Shown here piece by piece: positions 51,247 through 64,000 of a stretch of 64,000 nucleotides of DNA. The stretch lies in NCBI RefSeq assembly GCF_004010195.1, contig NC_057718.1:53367413-53431412 (forward strand), written 5' to 3'. The notes beneath the pieces were generated by a model. It did not search any database, had not been told where the DNA came from, and saw only the letters and a list, made by a program, of their open reading frames with translations. Positions within the stretch are counted from its first letter, which is position 1. Each line of letters opens with the position of its first letter. The stretch comes from Chiloscyllium plagiosum (Eukaryota). Made by a program: the position numbers and the translations under genes.

Positions 51247-52164
51247 GAGATAAGTGGGAATTGGGAACTGCGCCCCCAAAATGTTACTCAGAAAAACCAA
51301 TTGAAAATTTCAAAACAAAGAATAACAAATCTTTGGTAATTAATCATATACGTGACCAAAGCAGGTAATAGAATTCCGATGCAGATCGGCAATGATCTAA
51401 TTGAATGGCAAAGCAAACTGTTACAAAATATTGAGTTGCATTGTACTTCAGTTCCTACATTCCTTATTCAATGACACTACCCAAATACAGCGTTCTTTTT
51501 CTTTGTGTTGAGACTTGATAATGAAGCAGTTTCTATTCTTTAAGTCTTTATGAATGTAAGTATACAATCTATATTTTGTGGACCAAGTCTAAACTTACGC
51601 TTTGGTTCATATCTAAATCCATTCAAATGGAATCTCATCTGATTTCATTGAATCTGGATGCAGTCCCGGCTGCCGATTTTTAAGATGTTTTATATGCAGT
51701 GTGTCCCCAGGCTGTCAGTGGAAGCTACAATCCTGATGCTAATTCCATACTTTTGACATTTTCCAATTAAATATTTTGGTGAGTCTCAGTATTCCAAAAT
51801 AACCGGAAACTAAAAGAATATAGGCACCAAAGTTTCTAACTCAAATGAGAGGCAAGCATTACAGGACCATCTGTTATGGGAATGATTTGATTCATAGTGG
51901 GCTCCAATGCTTCTGCAATTTATCCAGCTAAGACTGGCAGAGAAATTCTTTTGGAAACATATTAAAGCTCAAAAGCTTCTAGGATAACTGAGAGTTTGAT
52001 ACTATGGAGCCATCTGTTGAGAACGTCACTTAAAACATTTGCAGCAAAGTGGGCCAACACTCTGCACAGTTTTAGCTACATGAATTAAAATGCTTGGAGA
52101 GAGGTAAAAAGATTATCTTGAAGAGTTTTTTCATGCTAAATAGGATGGCACTCAGCTTTTTTTT

Positions 52165-52580
52165 TCAATGCCATATTAACACTCTTGCCTGTGAGGCAGA
52201 AGGTTATGGGTTCAAGTCTCACTTCAAACATTTGAAGAATAGTCTCGGCTGGTACATAATACAGTACTCCAGATGTGCTGTGCTGACAGAGTTTGAAGTA
52301 TTAAATCAAGGCTGAATCAGACTCACAGGTGGGCCTAAAGAATTTATGGCAATATTTCAAAGATTTTCTTTGGGGACTTCTCTCCATTTCTCAGGCCAAT
52401 ATTTATCTCAATCAGCTTTACTAAAACATATTATCTAGACATTACTCATCTGTAGGACTTGTTTTGTTCAAATTGACTGTCATGTTCCCTCCACAATAAC
52501 AACAACTAGACTTTAAAAAAATGTTACATTGGCTAAAAAGTATTTTGAGCATTAAAAGCGCTGAGCGTTGCAAGTTGTTT
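52165..52580 (+). mobile_element. Decayed Deu-domain SINE
   Basis: Head acactcttgcctgtgaggcagaaggttatgggttcaagtc; ggccaatatttatc; caaattgactgtcatgttccct; cattggctaaaaag. Confidence 0.72.
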
Positions 52581-53290
52581 TTAGCGCAAGGGGTAGAAAA
52601 TATTTCTTGATAAATTTTCCTCGGTTAAACTGTTACTCGGTTTACTGTTAAACTTTACTGCTTAGCCAATGGAGAACACTCCAGAAAAGACTGCAAGGCT
52701 GGATCAGTTGTGTTGGCAGTCAAGATCAACAATTGATGTGGTCGGGAATCTTGGGGTTTTTGTGAGATTACAGAGAGCTCAGGAATAGGAGATGATGAGA
52801 TGTTCGAGCATGATTGTGGAGGACCATACAACATGGCTTGTACACAGTACAAATAGAAACACTGTTAAAATGAAGAACACATTGAGGTTCTCTTTAAGGC
52901 ATTTCAAACAGAGGTAGACTGGGCAGTTTTGAAGTAGGTTGGACCTCTGTTTCAAAGTTTTAGTATTTTAACTTACAGCACGCCAAATTGCACCTATTTG
53001 ATGATGAAGCATCGCCAATATGTATTTCTTTTACTCTTTCACAAAATACTTAACTGTATCAATAACATACCATGATGGATTACTTGTCTCAGACATATAG
53101 CTAGCATTTTCTGTTTGTTCTTCCAACCAATTAGTACAATCTCATACACTGCAATCAATGCCACAAAAATGCATCTTGGTCATATCAAAATTCATTTTAA
53201 AAGTGAGTCATATCACATAATTGTGTGTTGAAATTTAACCTGAACAGATTCAATGAAATGAAATCCATCACAAACAGCAATTTTTTTTAA

Positions 53291-53598
53291 AGATTAGATT
53301 CCCTACAGCGTGGAAACAGGCCGTTCGGCCCAACCAGTCCACACCGACCCTGCGGAGAGTAACCCACCCAGAACTATTTCCCTCTGACTAATGTACCTAA
53401 CACTATGGGCATCTTAGCATGGCCAATTCACCTGGTCTGCACATCTTTGGGTTTTTGGAGGAAACCGGAGCACCCAGAGGAAATCCACGCAGACAATGTG
53501 CAAACTCCACACAGACAGTCGCCCAAGGCTGGAATCGAACCTGAGTCACTGGCACTATGAGGCAGCAGTGCTAGCCACTGAGCCAACTGTGTTGCCCC
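53291..53598 (-). mobile_element. HE1-type SINE
   Basis: Full reverse-complement HE1 from (agatt)n tail to head. Confidence 0.93.
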
Positions 53599-53789
53599 AA
53601 TTTCTGCATGTCACTTCTTTATGATTAATTTCCACTTTACCTGAAGGAAAACATTGTGAGAAATAGAAGCTATCTAGTCTATTAACCCTCCCCAACATAG
53701 TTATCCTGAATGTAGCCCACTTTCATAAAAGGGCTCGAGTTTGCACATGTAAATGGACATTCAGGCTGAGGTCCAGGATGACTTTGTTG

Positions 53790-53992
53790 GAATCTCTTCC
53801 CCTGAGGTGGCAAAGTCCAGGACGAGAGGACATAGGTTCAGGATGAGAGGGGAAAGATTTAAATGGAACCTAAGGGACAACTTTTTTATACATGTACGGG
53901 ACTAGATTAATTTAGGATATCAGGTTTGCATGGACACATTCGATTAAAGCGTCTGTTTCTGTGCTGTACATCTTTATGACTCTATGATTCTT
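53790..53992 (+). mobile_element. Short CR1/HER1-like 3' fragment with internal deletion
   Basis: SLPLRWQSPG/TRGHRFRMRGERFK segment joined directly to the gggactagatt tail. Confidence 0.8.
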
Positions 53993-54068
53993 TACAGCAG
54001 TCAGCAATTTTTAGCAAATCACAGAAAATGTTGTATCATGTTAAAACACATTTATACATTTTTGGAAT

Positions 54069-54947
54069 CGTTACTGCAATGGGTCAGATCCCCAAAATGC
54101 AATGGCATTTTTGACCCTTACATCCAAAATGTGCTTTTTAAAAGATGACTACTAAAGAGACAAGATGATTGCAGATCTAAAAGAATTCTGTGTGAGACCA
54201 ATGGAATATAATACCTGAAGATGTCAATGAAACATCAAATAGTCTGAACTGTGATCTTGTGACTACAAAGGCACTGAGAGGCCCTGCTCATCCACTCAAC
54301 AACATGCTACTCTCAGTGGACCATATCCAAAGCTGCATTTTCAACTCTTGTGGTGTGAACTAGTGGAACTGAACACTGTTGTCTGTGCCAGGCTGCTTTT
54401 TCATGTTAGAGTGTTTGCATGCTGTGAAAGTCATTGTCAAAGAACTATCCTTTGTTATCCTTGTGTTGCAGGTAAATACTCTGGGTTTTTTTATCCAAGT
54501 GCTCAAAGCCAGTTTAAAAATAAACAAGACAAAAAGATTTCAATTTCCTTCCAAAATTAAGAATGGCAAAAAACAACTGTTTAACTTATCAGTGTCAATG
54601 CTACTGGTAACCCCCATTGCAGCAATCACCATGTTCACCCATCTACAAGTTATAAGCAATTCAGAGACTGAACAATAGATCTCTTTCCTTTTTATCTTTT
54701 ATCTTTTAGGACAGACCTCTTATTTCTAATATATGTGTGCACATGTGTTGCATGATTAATTTTTCTTGTGCTAGCAATTAATGAACTCATTCATTGTTAA
54801 CTTAAGAAAGCCTGGTTAAATTTGCTTCTTTTGAAAGAGAAGCTTTTGAAAGGATCAACAAGGGAAGGATTTCTAAATTAACCTTGTTTCAACTTACCAA
54901 ATGAATGGTTAAATACAGTTCATCCGTCCTCACCCGGGCACTTAACT
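54069..54947 (+). mobile_element. Candidate decayed solo LTR
   Basis: Begins (c)gttac and ends cagttcatccgtcctcacccgggcacttaac; internal ttaacttaagaaagcctggttaa resembles shark Gypsy LTRs as I recall them. Confidence 0.4.
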
Positions 54948-55064
54948 GTTGGTAACGTTCTATCTGAAACTAATTAGGGGACTTTTTTCCCAGAGTCTAG
55001 TTACAAAACTGTCAAACTGTAACTCACTTTCTTCATGGTATAAAAAGTGCAATACAAATACAAA

Positions 55065-55187
55065 GATAAAAATCACACAAAACCAGGCTATAGTCCAACC
55101 GGTTTATCTGCCAGTTTGAGTATAACCTGGTGTTGCATAATCTTTAACTTTGTCCACCCCAGTCCAACACCGGCTCCTACAAATCAG
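55065..55187. mobile_element. Short Penelope-like terminal-repeat inverted piece (family of 39620-39880)
   Basis: aaaaatcacacaaaaccaggctata versus tataacctggtgttgcataatctttaac; tail ccccagtccaacaccgg. Confidence 0.7.
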
Positions 55188-55776
55188 TACAAATACAGGT
55201 AGACTTTACTTCCATTCTAAGATGGGGAGCTTCCAAAATACAAAATATATTATTGTGCAATAAGCAGTTTAAAAATATTAAAGCTACCTTTAGCATCAGT
55301 GCTTTCCTTTTTAGTGATTTGTGAAACAACATTTTAAAGAATAATTTTTATTCATGTTTTAGAATTCACTGAATAAAGATTCCCAGGGAGTTGCTCTGTA
55401 ATGTTTCTAGGTTTTTTTTTCCCTGTAACAGCAACATACTCAACAAATGAGTCAATTGCAAACTTGACAACAGGCAGCTTGGATTAAACCTGTATTGAGA
55501 ACCAATGAATGGGCAGACTACATTCATTCTTGATTCTTTGTTAAAGTCTTTAACATTTTTTTTGACACAACAACATCAATTAGATAAATAAGTTGGTGTT
55601 TTATTGAAATGTAACACATAGGCTGTGGACAGAGCTGTCATGAGTCTTTTATTTATTTTTCTCTGTCTCCTTCACTAATTAGAAACACCTCTATCAGAGC
55701 ATTTATCCAATATATTTTCATATAAATCTATACTGTTTTTGTTTGTCAATGAAGCACAAAACAATTGGCTACTTTT

Positions 55777-56078
55777 GGGGCAGCATGGTGGCTCAGTGGT
55801 TAGCACTGCTGTCTCACAGCACCAGGGTCCTGGGTTCGATTCCTGCCTGTCTGTTTGGAGTTTGCACATTCTCCCCGTGTCTGCGTGGGTTTCCTCCGGG
55901 TGCTCTGGTTTCCTCCCACAATCCAAAGATACGCAGATCAGATGAATTGGCCATGCTAAGTGTTAGGTGTGTTAGTCAGCAGTAAATATAGGGTTTGGGT
56001 GGGTTTCTCTTCGGACAGGCGGTGTGGACTTATTGGGCCGAAGGGCCTGTTTCCACATTGCAGAGAATCTAATCTAAT
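55777..56078 (+). mobile_element. HE1-type SINE
   Basis: Head, V-domain and (aatct)n tail. Confidence 0.93.
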
Positions 56079-57404
56079 TTTCCATTTTCACCAGTAGTTG
56101 TGCAGAGTTGCCCATTTGTAAAATGCAATAATATGCTGCTAACTGGAAATGCCATTTGAGTTGGATAAAAGCACATTTGTAACTTACATGTGTTGATGGA
56201 TGAAAGACAGCAAGGATTGTCAGTAATGGAATGAGATCCATGTTGCTAAATTTTGTGATTGGATCAAAAACATGTGGAGGAATTGCACCAGAGGTTGATC
56301 TTTGCAAAACATTTCTGCTACATGCTGTGGCCATATTAACTGAAGATTTACATAATTTTCAAACCTAAATCAGTCAGAATGATGGTAAATCCAAATTTAA
56401 TCCCTACAAAATGACAGCAATCCATCTCCAAACTCAAAAGTGGATATAGAACAAAAGGGAAACATATGAATCAAGATTAGGCTTTTGTGAAATTCTGTAA
56501 TTCTGTTTGTCATGTGTATGTCTCAACACCAAAACAATGCGAAGAGTTCTAAGAAGCATCATAAAATATGTGATTACACTTTGTCCTTGCAATAACTGCC
56601 ATCACATTCAATTATAGAGTAAGATTCACTTATCAATAATAACAAGGACAAAACAATTGTCTACTTGCAAATATACCAGGCTATTCACCACTGTATCAAT
56701 TAACAGAGCACTCTTTGCCATTCAAGACTCACACAGAACATTCAGATACTCCACTCCATATACTCAACACATGCAATTTTCCCATTGGCAATGGCCGACA
56801 CAGTGCTACATATTCACTGACATTCTCCTCTATCACTGTCAATTAAGGCAGGCCATGATACAAGGATGCAAGTGGAACCAATGGGATCATGGATGATTGG
56901 ACTCTACCTGCACCCTATGGGGGAGATGGTCCATTGCATTATGTACCAGTTACAACAAAATCCCTGATATTTAGCATTCCAGGATCATTGAGAAAAATTA
57001 TATGTTCTGATCTATGTCCCTTCTTAAATTGGAGCACACTCATCCTGTTCTTTGGCACGAGGACCAAGCTACATAGGTGGTAGGTGACCTTTAACCTCTT
57101 GCTTCCCTTCTCAGCACCCTAGACTTTGTGTTCTGATTCTCCCCCTTCTCTTCCTTATCAATAAATTACAGCCACTTCAGGGAGAGGATGGTTCATTTAC
57201 CAGCTCCACCAAGTGATGGTCAAAGTCAAGGTCAACTCTTGGGATTACATGGAAATACATAGAATATGACAGCAGAGAAACAGGCCATTCAGTCCATACA
57301 ATCCATGCTGATACTTCTGTTCCATTTAAGACTCCTCCCATCTTTTCTGATCTAAATCGATCATTCAAAATCTGTACTGCCTTTTCCTTTCTCAGATGAG
57401 GATG

Positions 57405-57700
57405 TCATAGAATCATGGAATCCCTGGATTATAAAAGCAGACCATTCAGCCCATCTAACCCACACTGACCCTCTGCAGAGCATCCCACCCAGACCCACCC
57501 ATCTACCCTTCCTTGCATTTACCATAGTAAGTCCACCTAGCCTGAACATATTTGGATTGTGGGGAGAAACCAGAGCACCCAGAGAAAACCCATGCAGACA
57601 CTGGGAGAACATGCAAACTCCATACAGACAGTTGCCTGATGCTGGAATCAAGCCCAGGTCCCTGGCGTTGTGAGGCACTAATGTTAGCCATTGTGCCATC
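57405..57700 (-). mobile_element. HE1-type SINE
   Basis: Reverse-complement HE1. Confidence 0.88.
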
Positions 57701-58649
57701 TAGTCAGCAGGAGGTATGGGCACCACAAGCAGCATGTTGAGCTTCCAGACTGGTATCTATAATGATCCTAAATCCAAAATTCACTTTCATACTTCAAAAA
57801 AGCTGAAATTACAAACAAAAAGGTTGACCCTCATGATTACTGAAGGCATTTTCCCTGATTGTGGCATAACAAGAAAATAAGACAATTTTCCAGCAATCTT
57901 GATTTAATTAAAATGTTTAGCTCACAAGAAGAGTGGTCGGGATATGCAGGCGTTTAATGTTGGATGAGAATTTCTTGAGAATTTGATGAATTTGCTCCAG
58001 CAGTTGATGGGTTACAAGCAGCAGTCCCCATTCAAAATTGTTGAGTATTTATTCATCAAGTGAAAAATGGGTCAGAAAAGTAAAACAAGGAAAGATAAGG
58101 TATTAGTGAAATCAGATACACCACTTAATTAACAATTAAGACCAAATGCTGCAATTATACATAGAAGAAAGGCACTTAATGGATCAGTGGTAAAACACAA
58201 AATAGGTCGATTGCTTTCTCTGCTTTTAGAGGTGAGCAAGAATTCGACTGATTTCTTTGATGTGATAGTTAAACTTTCATGAGGTTGAACAAATGCTGCC
58301 TTTTGTTGGAATACCTTTTAACAGACTAAACACAATGAATACTTTCCTACTTCACAATGGTACTATCTGATTGCAGAAATTACAGCTGGAAAGTTCATTT
58401 GCACCTGTTTTCAGGCCTGGGGATCATGATTTGTGAGCTGCTCTTGCCTGTTTGCGATTAGGCTGGCAGCATGGAAAGTTCAAGCTGTTTCCTCATTTGA
58501 ATGATTTCAGCATTACCACACGGCTGCTGGCTGCACGCTCAACAGGGGACCCAACAGCACACAAGGCTGGGACGTGTTGCAGTGAGCCTGAAGATCTTAG
58601 CAGCAGCCAATTCCTGCACCTGCACTGAATCAAAGGAGGATCACTTGAG

Positions 58650-58892
58650 AAACGAACTGAAGTGCCAGGTCAGAGAAAGGGCTGTGATTGGTGCTGGAGA
58701 GCTAGTCATTGCCAGAAGAAGGGGTTCCTCTGTATCTTGGACATGAGGTATCAGGAAGCCATCAAGAATTTTACAAAGGGAATTGGAGCAAATGATCAAG
58801 GAGGTCAACACCCACAGTCTGTTTCAATTACCTGGCAACAATATTACAAGAACTTTAATGATGTCAAGCAGGCTAAGGACAGTCAAAGTTAG
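58650..58892 (+). pseudogene. Decayed Myb/SANT-like Harbinger ORF1-like cassette, copy 4 (second subfamily)
   Basis: QVRERA...RKPSRILQRELEQMIKEVNTHSL / ITWQQYYKNFNDVKQA across frameshifts. Confidence 0.68.
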
Positions 58893-59094
58893 TGAATGTG
58901 TCTTCTAAAAATATCCCATTAAAATACCAACTTCTCCTAATACTCAATGTAACACATTGCCATCATTCAACCATCATCCTGTTGAGGTAGTGGAAATATT
59001 AAGCAGCCCACATGCCCTCGGCCTGTTGAGGCCATTAAGTAACCAATTAATGTTCATTTAAATGCCTCAGCCCTTCTCTAAAGTGGGTCTTAAA

Positions 59095-59430
59095 ACATGC
59101 TCAGTGATAGAGAATCCACAACCGTCATGATTCGACCACTTTGAGGATTTACAACTTAAAGTTGGACTTTCTCTTCATCTCAATCCCAAGTGGTAGACCC
59201 GATATCCTGAGATTGTATCTCTGTGTTTCAGATTCCCCAGCCAAGAGAAATGGTCTCTCAGTTTCTATCATGCAAAGCCCTCTCAGAATTCCTAATCTGC
59301 CATGCTCAGAAATTGCTGTATTTTGTTCTTTCATTTTCTACCATTCCCCAAATAATAAGACCATAAGACATAGAAGTGGAAGTAAGGCCATTCGGCCCAT
59401 CGAGTCCACTCCGCCATTCAATCATGGCTC
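59095..59430 (-). mobile_element. Two CR1 3' fragments
   Basis: agagaatccacaacc..cttcatctcaatcccaagtgg; (cataaga)n tail with aggccattcggcccatcgag. Confidence 0.7.
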
Positions 59431-59499
59431 CTGCCAAACTCATTTTGCCTTTCTCTTCTCTTCCGGCATTTTGAAGGGACTGTTTACTTTCTGATCTCC

Positions 59500-59975
59500 T
59501 GGTCCACAGTTCAATCACTCCCAATATCACACCCATCCGCAGTAAGAGATGTAATGCCTGGCCTTTAAACCTTTTTCCTCACTGTTCAAGGCTCCAAACA
59601 TTTTTTCCAGGCCACACAGTGGCTTATGTTTAGTTCCTTTTATCTAAGTGTTTGTCTGCAAAGTGGTGACCCTACAGTGAGCAGGCCAAACAAACAATGG
59701 GTGAATGCTTTGTAGAATATGCAGTTCACAAGCATAACACTGAACTTCTATTGATCGGTCATTTAATTCTCTCCAAGTTCTCATGTTGACATCTCTGTCC
59801 TTGGCCTGCTGTACTATTCGAGTGAAACTCAACATAAACCTTAAAAACAATATATCATCCTTTTCACTGGTACCATTGGAGTTGTACAAATTTAGGTAAA
59901 AACAATGACTGCAGATGCTGGAAACCAGATTCTGGATTAGTGGTGCTGGAAGAGCACAGCAGTTCAGGCAGCAAC
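59500..59975 (+). mobile_element. Penelope-like GIY-YIG relic followed by an inverted terminal-repeat piece
   Basis: KRCNAWP, QGSKHFFQ, HFNS, SHVDISVLGLLYYSSETQHKP segments; then actgcagatgctggaaacc...cagcagttcaggcagca. Confidence 0.7.
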
Positions 59976-60211
59976 CTTTTATTCCCGTTGTACAGATTTA
60001 GCATTGCCACCTCAATTCCACGTTGATCTGAACATTTTCCATGTTTTTGGTTTCCCGTGGATTCTGGAGGAAGGATGCAGGGTCAATGGGGAGGGTTTTG
60101 TGTAATCTTGCTGCTCTGATACAGCCTACTGCATTTAAAAGCAGTTTATCCCTGTTAAAGGTGAAATACAGGAGACTGCTGCTGAATGCTACGGTAGCAC
60201 TCTCAACAAGG

Positions 60212-61140
60212 AAAATAGAACTGCAGCACAGAGAGAGGGTTCCACACTTACCAATGTGGTTCTGGTCGATTGCTGATGGAGGTAGATAGGAGCGGAGTAC
60301 AGTGGTCCTAAAGGGGAGGGTGGCAGGAAACCCAAAAGGCAGTGGGTGCACGTGGTCAGAGAAATCAATTGCCATGGTCTGTCTCTGAGAACCTAGCAGC
60401 CAAGGCTAAAGAAGCTGTGCCAAATCTCTTACTTGTTGCAGGCGGTCAAGGACAGTGAAACTACCTATAATGACATATCATACCCACATTGCCACAATTT
60501 TGTCACATTGCACAAGCATCATATCACATCACTCACTGAACAGCAACTTCATGTCAGTCAGGACTCATGTCTAGCATCCAACAATTCCACTGTATCCTCA
60601 AGCACCTACTGAAACACCATATCTCACTGCCTTGTCACACTTCCACCTATTCAGCTAAGGTAGGCATATCAGACAAACACAGAACAATGTAATCACTGAT
60701 TTTCTGTCCTTTCCCTTACAAGAGGATGTGGCACATTACTGATGAGAGAAAAGCAGACGAGATAAGTGATGAGGTTTGCTGCATTTCCCGAACACTACAG
60801 AGGAGATGGCTCTCTGCATTATGGAGCCAAGTGAGATTGGGCCATTGGCATCTAGTGTCACTGAGAACATTAAGGATAACACCATGTTCCTGCACTACAC
60901 ACCTAACTCATCTTCTCCAGCTCGCTGACATGATGACCAAGCTGCCCTCATACCTTCCTTCTCTTTCTCATTTTACACCACCCACAAACTGTGGCACACC
61001 CAAGCCCAGCAGCTCCAGAAAGAGAAGAGAGAGCAACAACAAACCACTGATGAAGAGGACACTGCACTTGATTTGGCAATCACAGCTGCCAATTCAGAAA
61101 CTGGCGCTGCCAGTGAAAACAAGCAGGGACTGTATGTGAC
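60212..61140 (+). pseudogene. Decayed three-exon Myb/SANT-like Harbinger ORF1-like gene, copy 5
   Basis: Block 1 IELQHRERVPH..LLMEVDR..GGRKPKRQWVHVVREINCHGLSLRT*QPRLKKL..AVKDSE; block 2 (60722-60880) EDVAHY..EEMALCIM; block 3 (60980-61130) acidic QQTTDEEDTALDLAITAANSET. Confidence 0.62.
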
Positions 61141-62486
61141 AAGCCAATGGGCAAGAGTGAGCAGGCCAGAAGATAATGTCTGCATCGATCAATGCCTCAT
61201 GTTGGATGGCCTATGACTTTGGCAAGCAAGAAGGCACATCGTGATTGCAATTCTTTTCCAAACAAAGCCTGATGTCCCACACAAAAAGAAAGAGTTAACA
61301 CATATATCACTTTATGCACTGCATAATATTAGACAAATCAAACATAATTAAAATGGGATAAAAGGCATTAATGTCTTTCTCCTGTTTCTATGTTCCTTTC
61401 TAATCTATTGGAATCATTGCGAAGACTCCACACGCATACAGCAGTGAGGTTAGATCATCTGTCATCCCAGTTTACACACACTCTGAACGTTACTGACTGT
61501 ATTTACTGCAGAGGAGCAGGTACTGTTGGAACCAACAACTGAGTTGGAGCCACAGCAAAAAACACATCACAGCTGCCGCTGTGTTTACTAACTAGGTTTT
61601 GCTAGGCTATTACTTTGTCCTTGCAGTGTCTCAGAGTGTTGTTTACAGGACAGGGACTCCTTTATAATAGGAATTCTTACTTCCCTATTATCAGTGGCAC
61701 ACAGTGTAAGTTTGGTATCAGCACTCTTAAGTGGTAATAATGTCTCGAGGGTTGAGAGTGCGCTGTGCCAAACATGGTGTTCAAGGAAGGGAAGTTGACC
61801 AAATTCCTGCAGATAGCTATATTTAAACAAGGGATATTTAGTTTAAGGATAAGATAGCTTTTGTAAAATAGGTTGCAGGGACTAGTGGGGTATTTAGACA
61901 CCCACTTTATTCAGCAGTTTAGCTGTTTGGAAGATAGCCCCTGGAATTTCTCAGATGGAATCTCTTTTTTTGCAGGAGCACCAACATTATTAAGAACCAC
62001 TTCCATAGATGGGAGATGGGTCGAAGGCAGAGTTTCAATGTGAAATCAGGATATCCAGATATTTCTGTAGGCTGTTCTCTGTTAACTTCACTGTGTGATT
62101 CCTTTATTTCTCTTTCACAGGTCTTCTGCTCACAACTCAGCCGTTTTGACCAATGATGAGGAGTGCCCCAGGGCAAACTGCAGCTTCAAATAGAGAGTCT
62201 GGAGGTGCGACTCACAGTGTAGAGATAGCTGCAATTTCCAAATCTGGGTCAGTCGATCTTAACCACCAGCCAGCTCTGATTCGTTTCTCCAAGTGGGATA
62301 TATTTCCAACTGCAGGGAAATTTCCAACTCCCGAGGTGTCCAATCTTTTGTCCTTTGGCAAAATTGGGGAAAGTGTTGTGGGGAACATTCAAGACAAATG
62401 AAACTTGCAAAAATCAGTGGGATGTATCTCTGTTGCCTCAGCTGCCCACAGGTAGAACTGTAAAGGCTATTTTCTCTACATGGCTC

Positions 62487-62585
62487 TTGGCATTCAGTGA
62501 TACTGTCCCTACCTCGGGACCAGAGATCCAGGTTCAAGTTTCACCTGCTCCAGAGCTGTCATAACTAGATAGAACAAGTTGATTT
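62487..62585 (+). mobile_element. Short tRNA-derived SINE relic
   Basis: tggcattcagtgatactgtccctacctc...ccaggttcaagtttc A/B-box-like head. Confidence 0.5.
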
Positions 62586-63242
62586 TAAAGTTTGAACTTT
62601 TTTTCTTAACCTGTCCTCACTTCCCCCCACCCCCCTTCAGGGTTGAACCAGTCCCATTCCACAAAATCTGAACATCATACTTGACCCCATTTTGGGAGTT
62701 AAACCTGGCTATCACAATGTAAAAATGCACAAGTTGATCACAGCTAAAACAATATTACAATCTAATTTCCTTTGATATGCCTTTCTTTACCTTATCTTCA
62801 AGAATGTTTATAATCACCAGAAACACAAGTTCTAGTTTCTTCCAGGAGAACATGAGTTGTTCTAGTTTTGTTCTTGATTTCTTTAAGTAATCTTCAAGCG
62901 ATAACCTCTGCCTGCACTTGTGTGTCTATCTGTGTGAAGAAAATCACCATACAAATGCAGCAATTAAAGTGTGAAAACTGAAGAAAATTAGTATTAGAAA
63001 TGCAATCTCAAAAATTTTAACACATAATCTAAGTCTTTACCTAGATGAAGAAAAAACCTGGACATTTCATTGAGCATCAGAAAGACATTTGAGATAAAGA
63101 TGTGGCAAATACACACAGGGTACTATCAAATTTGTTCTCAGAAATCTATACAATGAATGACAAAAATCCCTTTTCCAGAACTACAGATAGCAGTGAAACA
63201 TCTAAAGAATTGGCCTTTTTGAGCAAGTTAGTCATGATGTTA

Positions 63243-63392
63243 GGATAGCATCGTGATGCAGTGGTTAGTGTTGTGACTTCACAAGGCTGCGGACCTGGGT
63301 TTGATCCTAGCCTTGGGTGACTTTGTGTGTTTGCAAGTTCTTCCCATGTTTGCATGAGTTTTCTCTGGTTTCCTCCCACAGTCCAAAGATGT
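63243..63392 (+). mobile_element. HE1-type SINE 5' half, decayed
   Basis: gcagtggttagtgttg...ctgggtttgatcc...ggtttcctcccacagtccaaagatgt. Confidence 0.8.
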
Positions 63393-63905
63393 TTGATTTT
63401 GATTCATTATTGTCGCTTGTACCTAATACAATGAAAAGTTTTGTTTTGTGGGCAGTACAGGCAGATCATAACATACAAGGACATCTCGATCTAGGGTGTT
63501 TAGGCAAAGTGAGGCATACAAGGTTACAGCTGCATGGGAGGTGCACAAAAGCAAGATCAACATTAGGTTTGAAATCAGAGAGTGCCATTCAGCAGTCTAA
63601 TAACGGAGGGAAGAAGCTGTACTTGAACTTGTTGGTACATGTGTTTATGCTTCTGTATCTTCTGCTTGATGGAAGGTGTTAGAAGAAAGTATTACCAGGA
63701 TGGAAGGTGTCCTGTTGGTAGCCTTTCTGTGGCAACAAGTGTAGATGGAGTCTATGGATGGGAGGTTGGCTTTCGTCATGGTCTGGGCTGTGCACACCAC
63801 ACTCTGCAGTTTCTTATGGTACTGCATAGGACAGTTGTTGTATCAATGGTGCATCTGTAAAAGTTGGTGAGGGTCCTTATGGACATGCCAAATTTCCTAA
63901 GCCTT
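63393..63905 (-). mobile_element. Rex1/Babar-clade LINE 3' fragment
   Basis: KKLQSVVCTAQTMTKANLPSIDSIYTC on the minus strand; tail aataatgaatcaaaatc. Confidence 0.8.
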
Positions 63906-63907
63906 TA

Positions 63908-64000
63908 AGAGTCATAGAATCATAGAGATGTACAGCATGGAAACAGACCCTTCGGTCCAACCCATCCATGCCAACCAGATATCCCAACCCAATCTAGTCC
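63908..64000 (-). mobile_element. CR1/HER1-like 3' tail (continues past window end)
   Basis: Near-identical to 43600-43690. Confidence 0.9.

Overview
Eukaryotic, repeat-dominated, apparently intronic or intergenic DNA from a cartilaginous fish. HE1-type SINEs with HER1/CR1 LINE tails, Deu-domain SINEs and Penelope-like elements point to a shark; the genus cannot be fixed from sequence alone. I recognise no intact host protein-coding gene, RNA gene or CRISPR array. Almost all ORFs in the track are transposon relics, SINE read-throughs or artefacts of a 944-nt N gap (26623-27566). Contents: a near-full-length decayed CR1/HER1 LINE (43.6-47.8 kb, minus), many CR1 fragments, about 14 HE1 SINE pieces, four Deu-domain SINEs, Rex1/Babar and RTE fragments, a Gypsy relic with the unusual Gmr1-like IN-before-RT order, and Penelope-like elements whose terminal repeats carry minimal hammerhead-ribozyme motifs. 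The least expected signal is five separate decayed Myb/SANT (Harbinger ORF1/NAIF1-like) cassettes from two subfamilies, with no transposase recognisable in the window. Other notable structures are a 273-bp inverted duplication running past a SINE end, a perfect TSD-flanked 75-bp palindrome, a VNTR-containing insertion with a Rex1-like tail, a LINE family with a tRNA-like head, and a multi-layer nested insertion. All family assignments are by eye against remembered family motifs, not database searches, and boundaries of old repeats are approximate. I found no evidence of an intact, functional new system.
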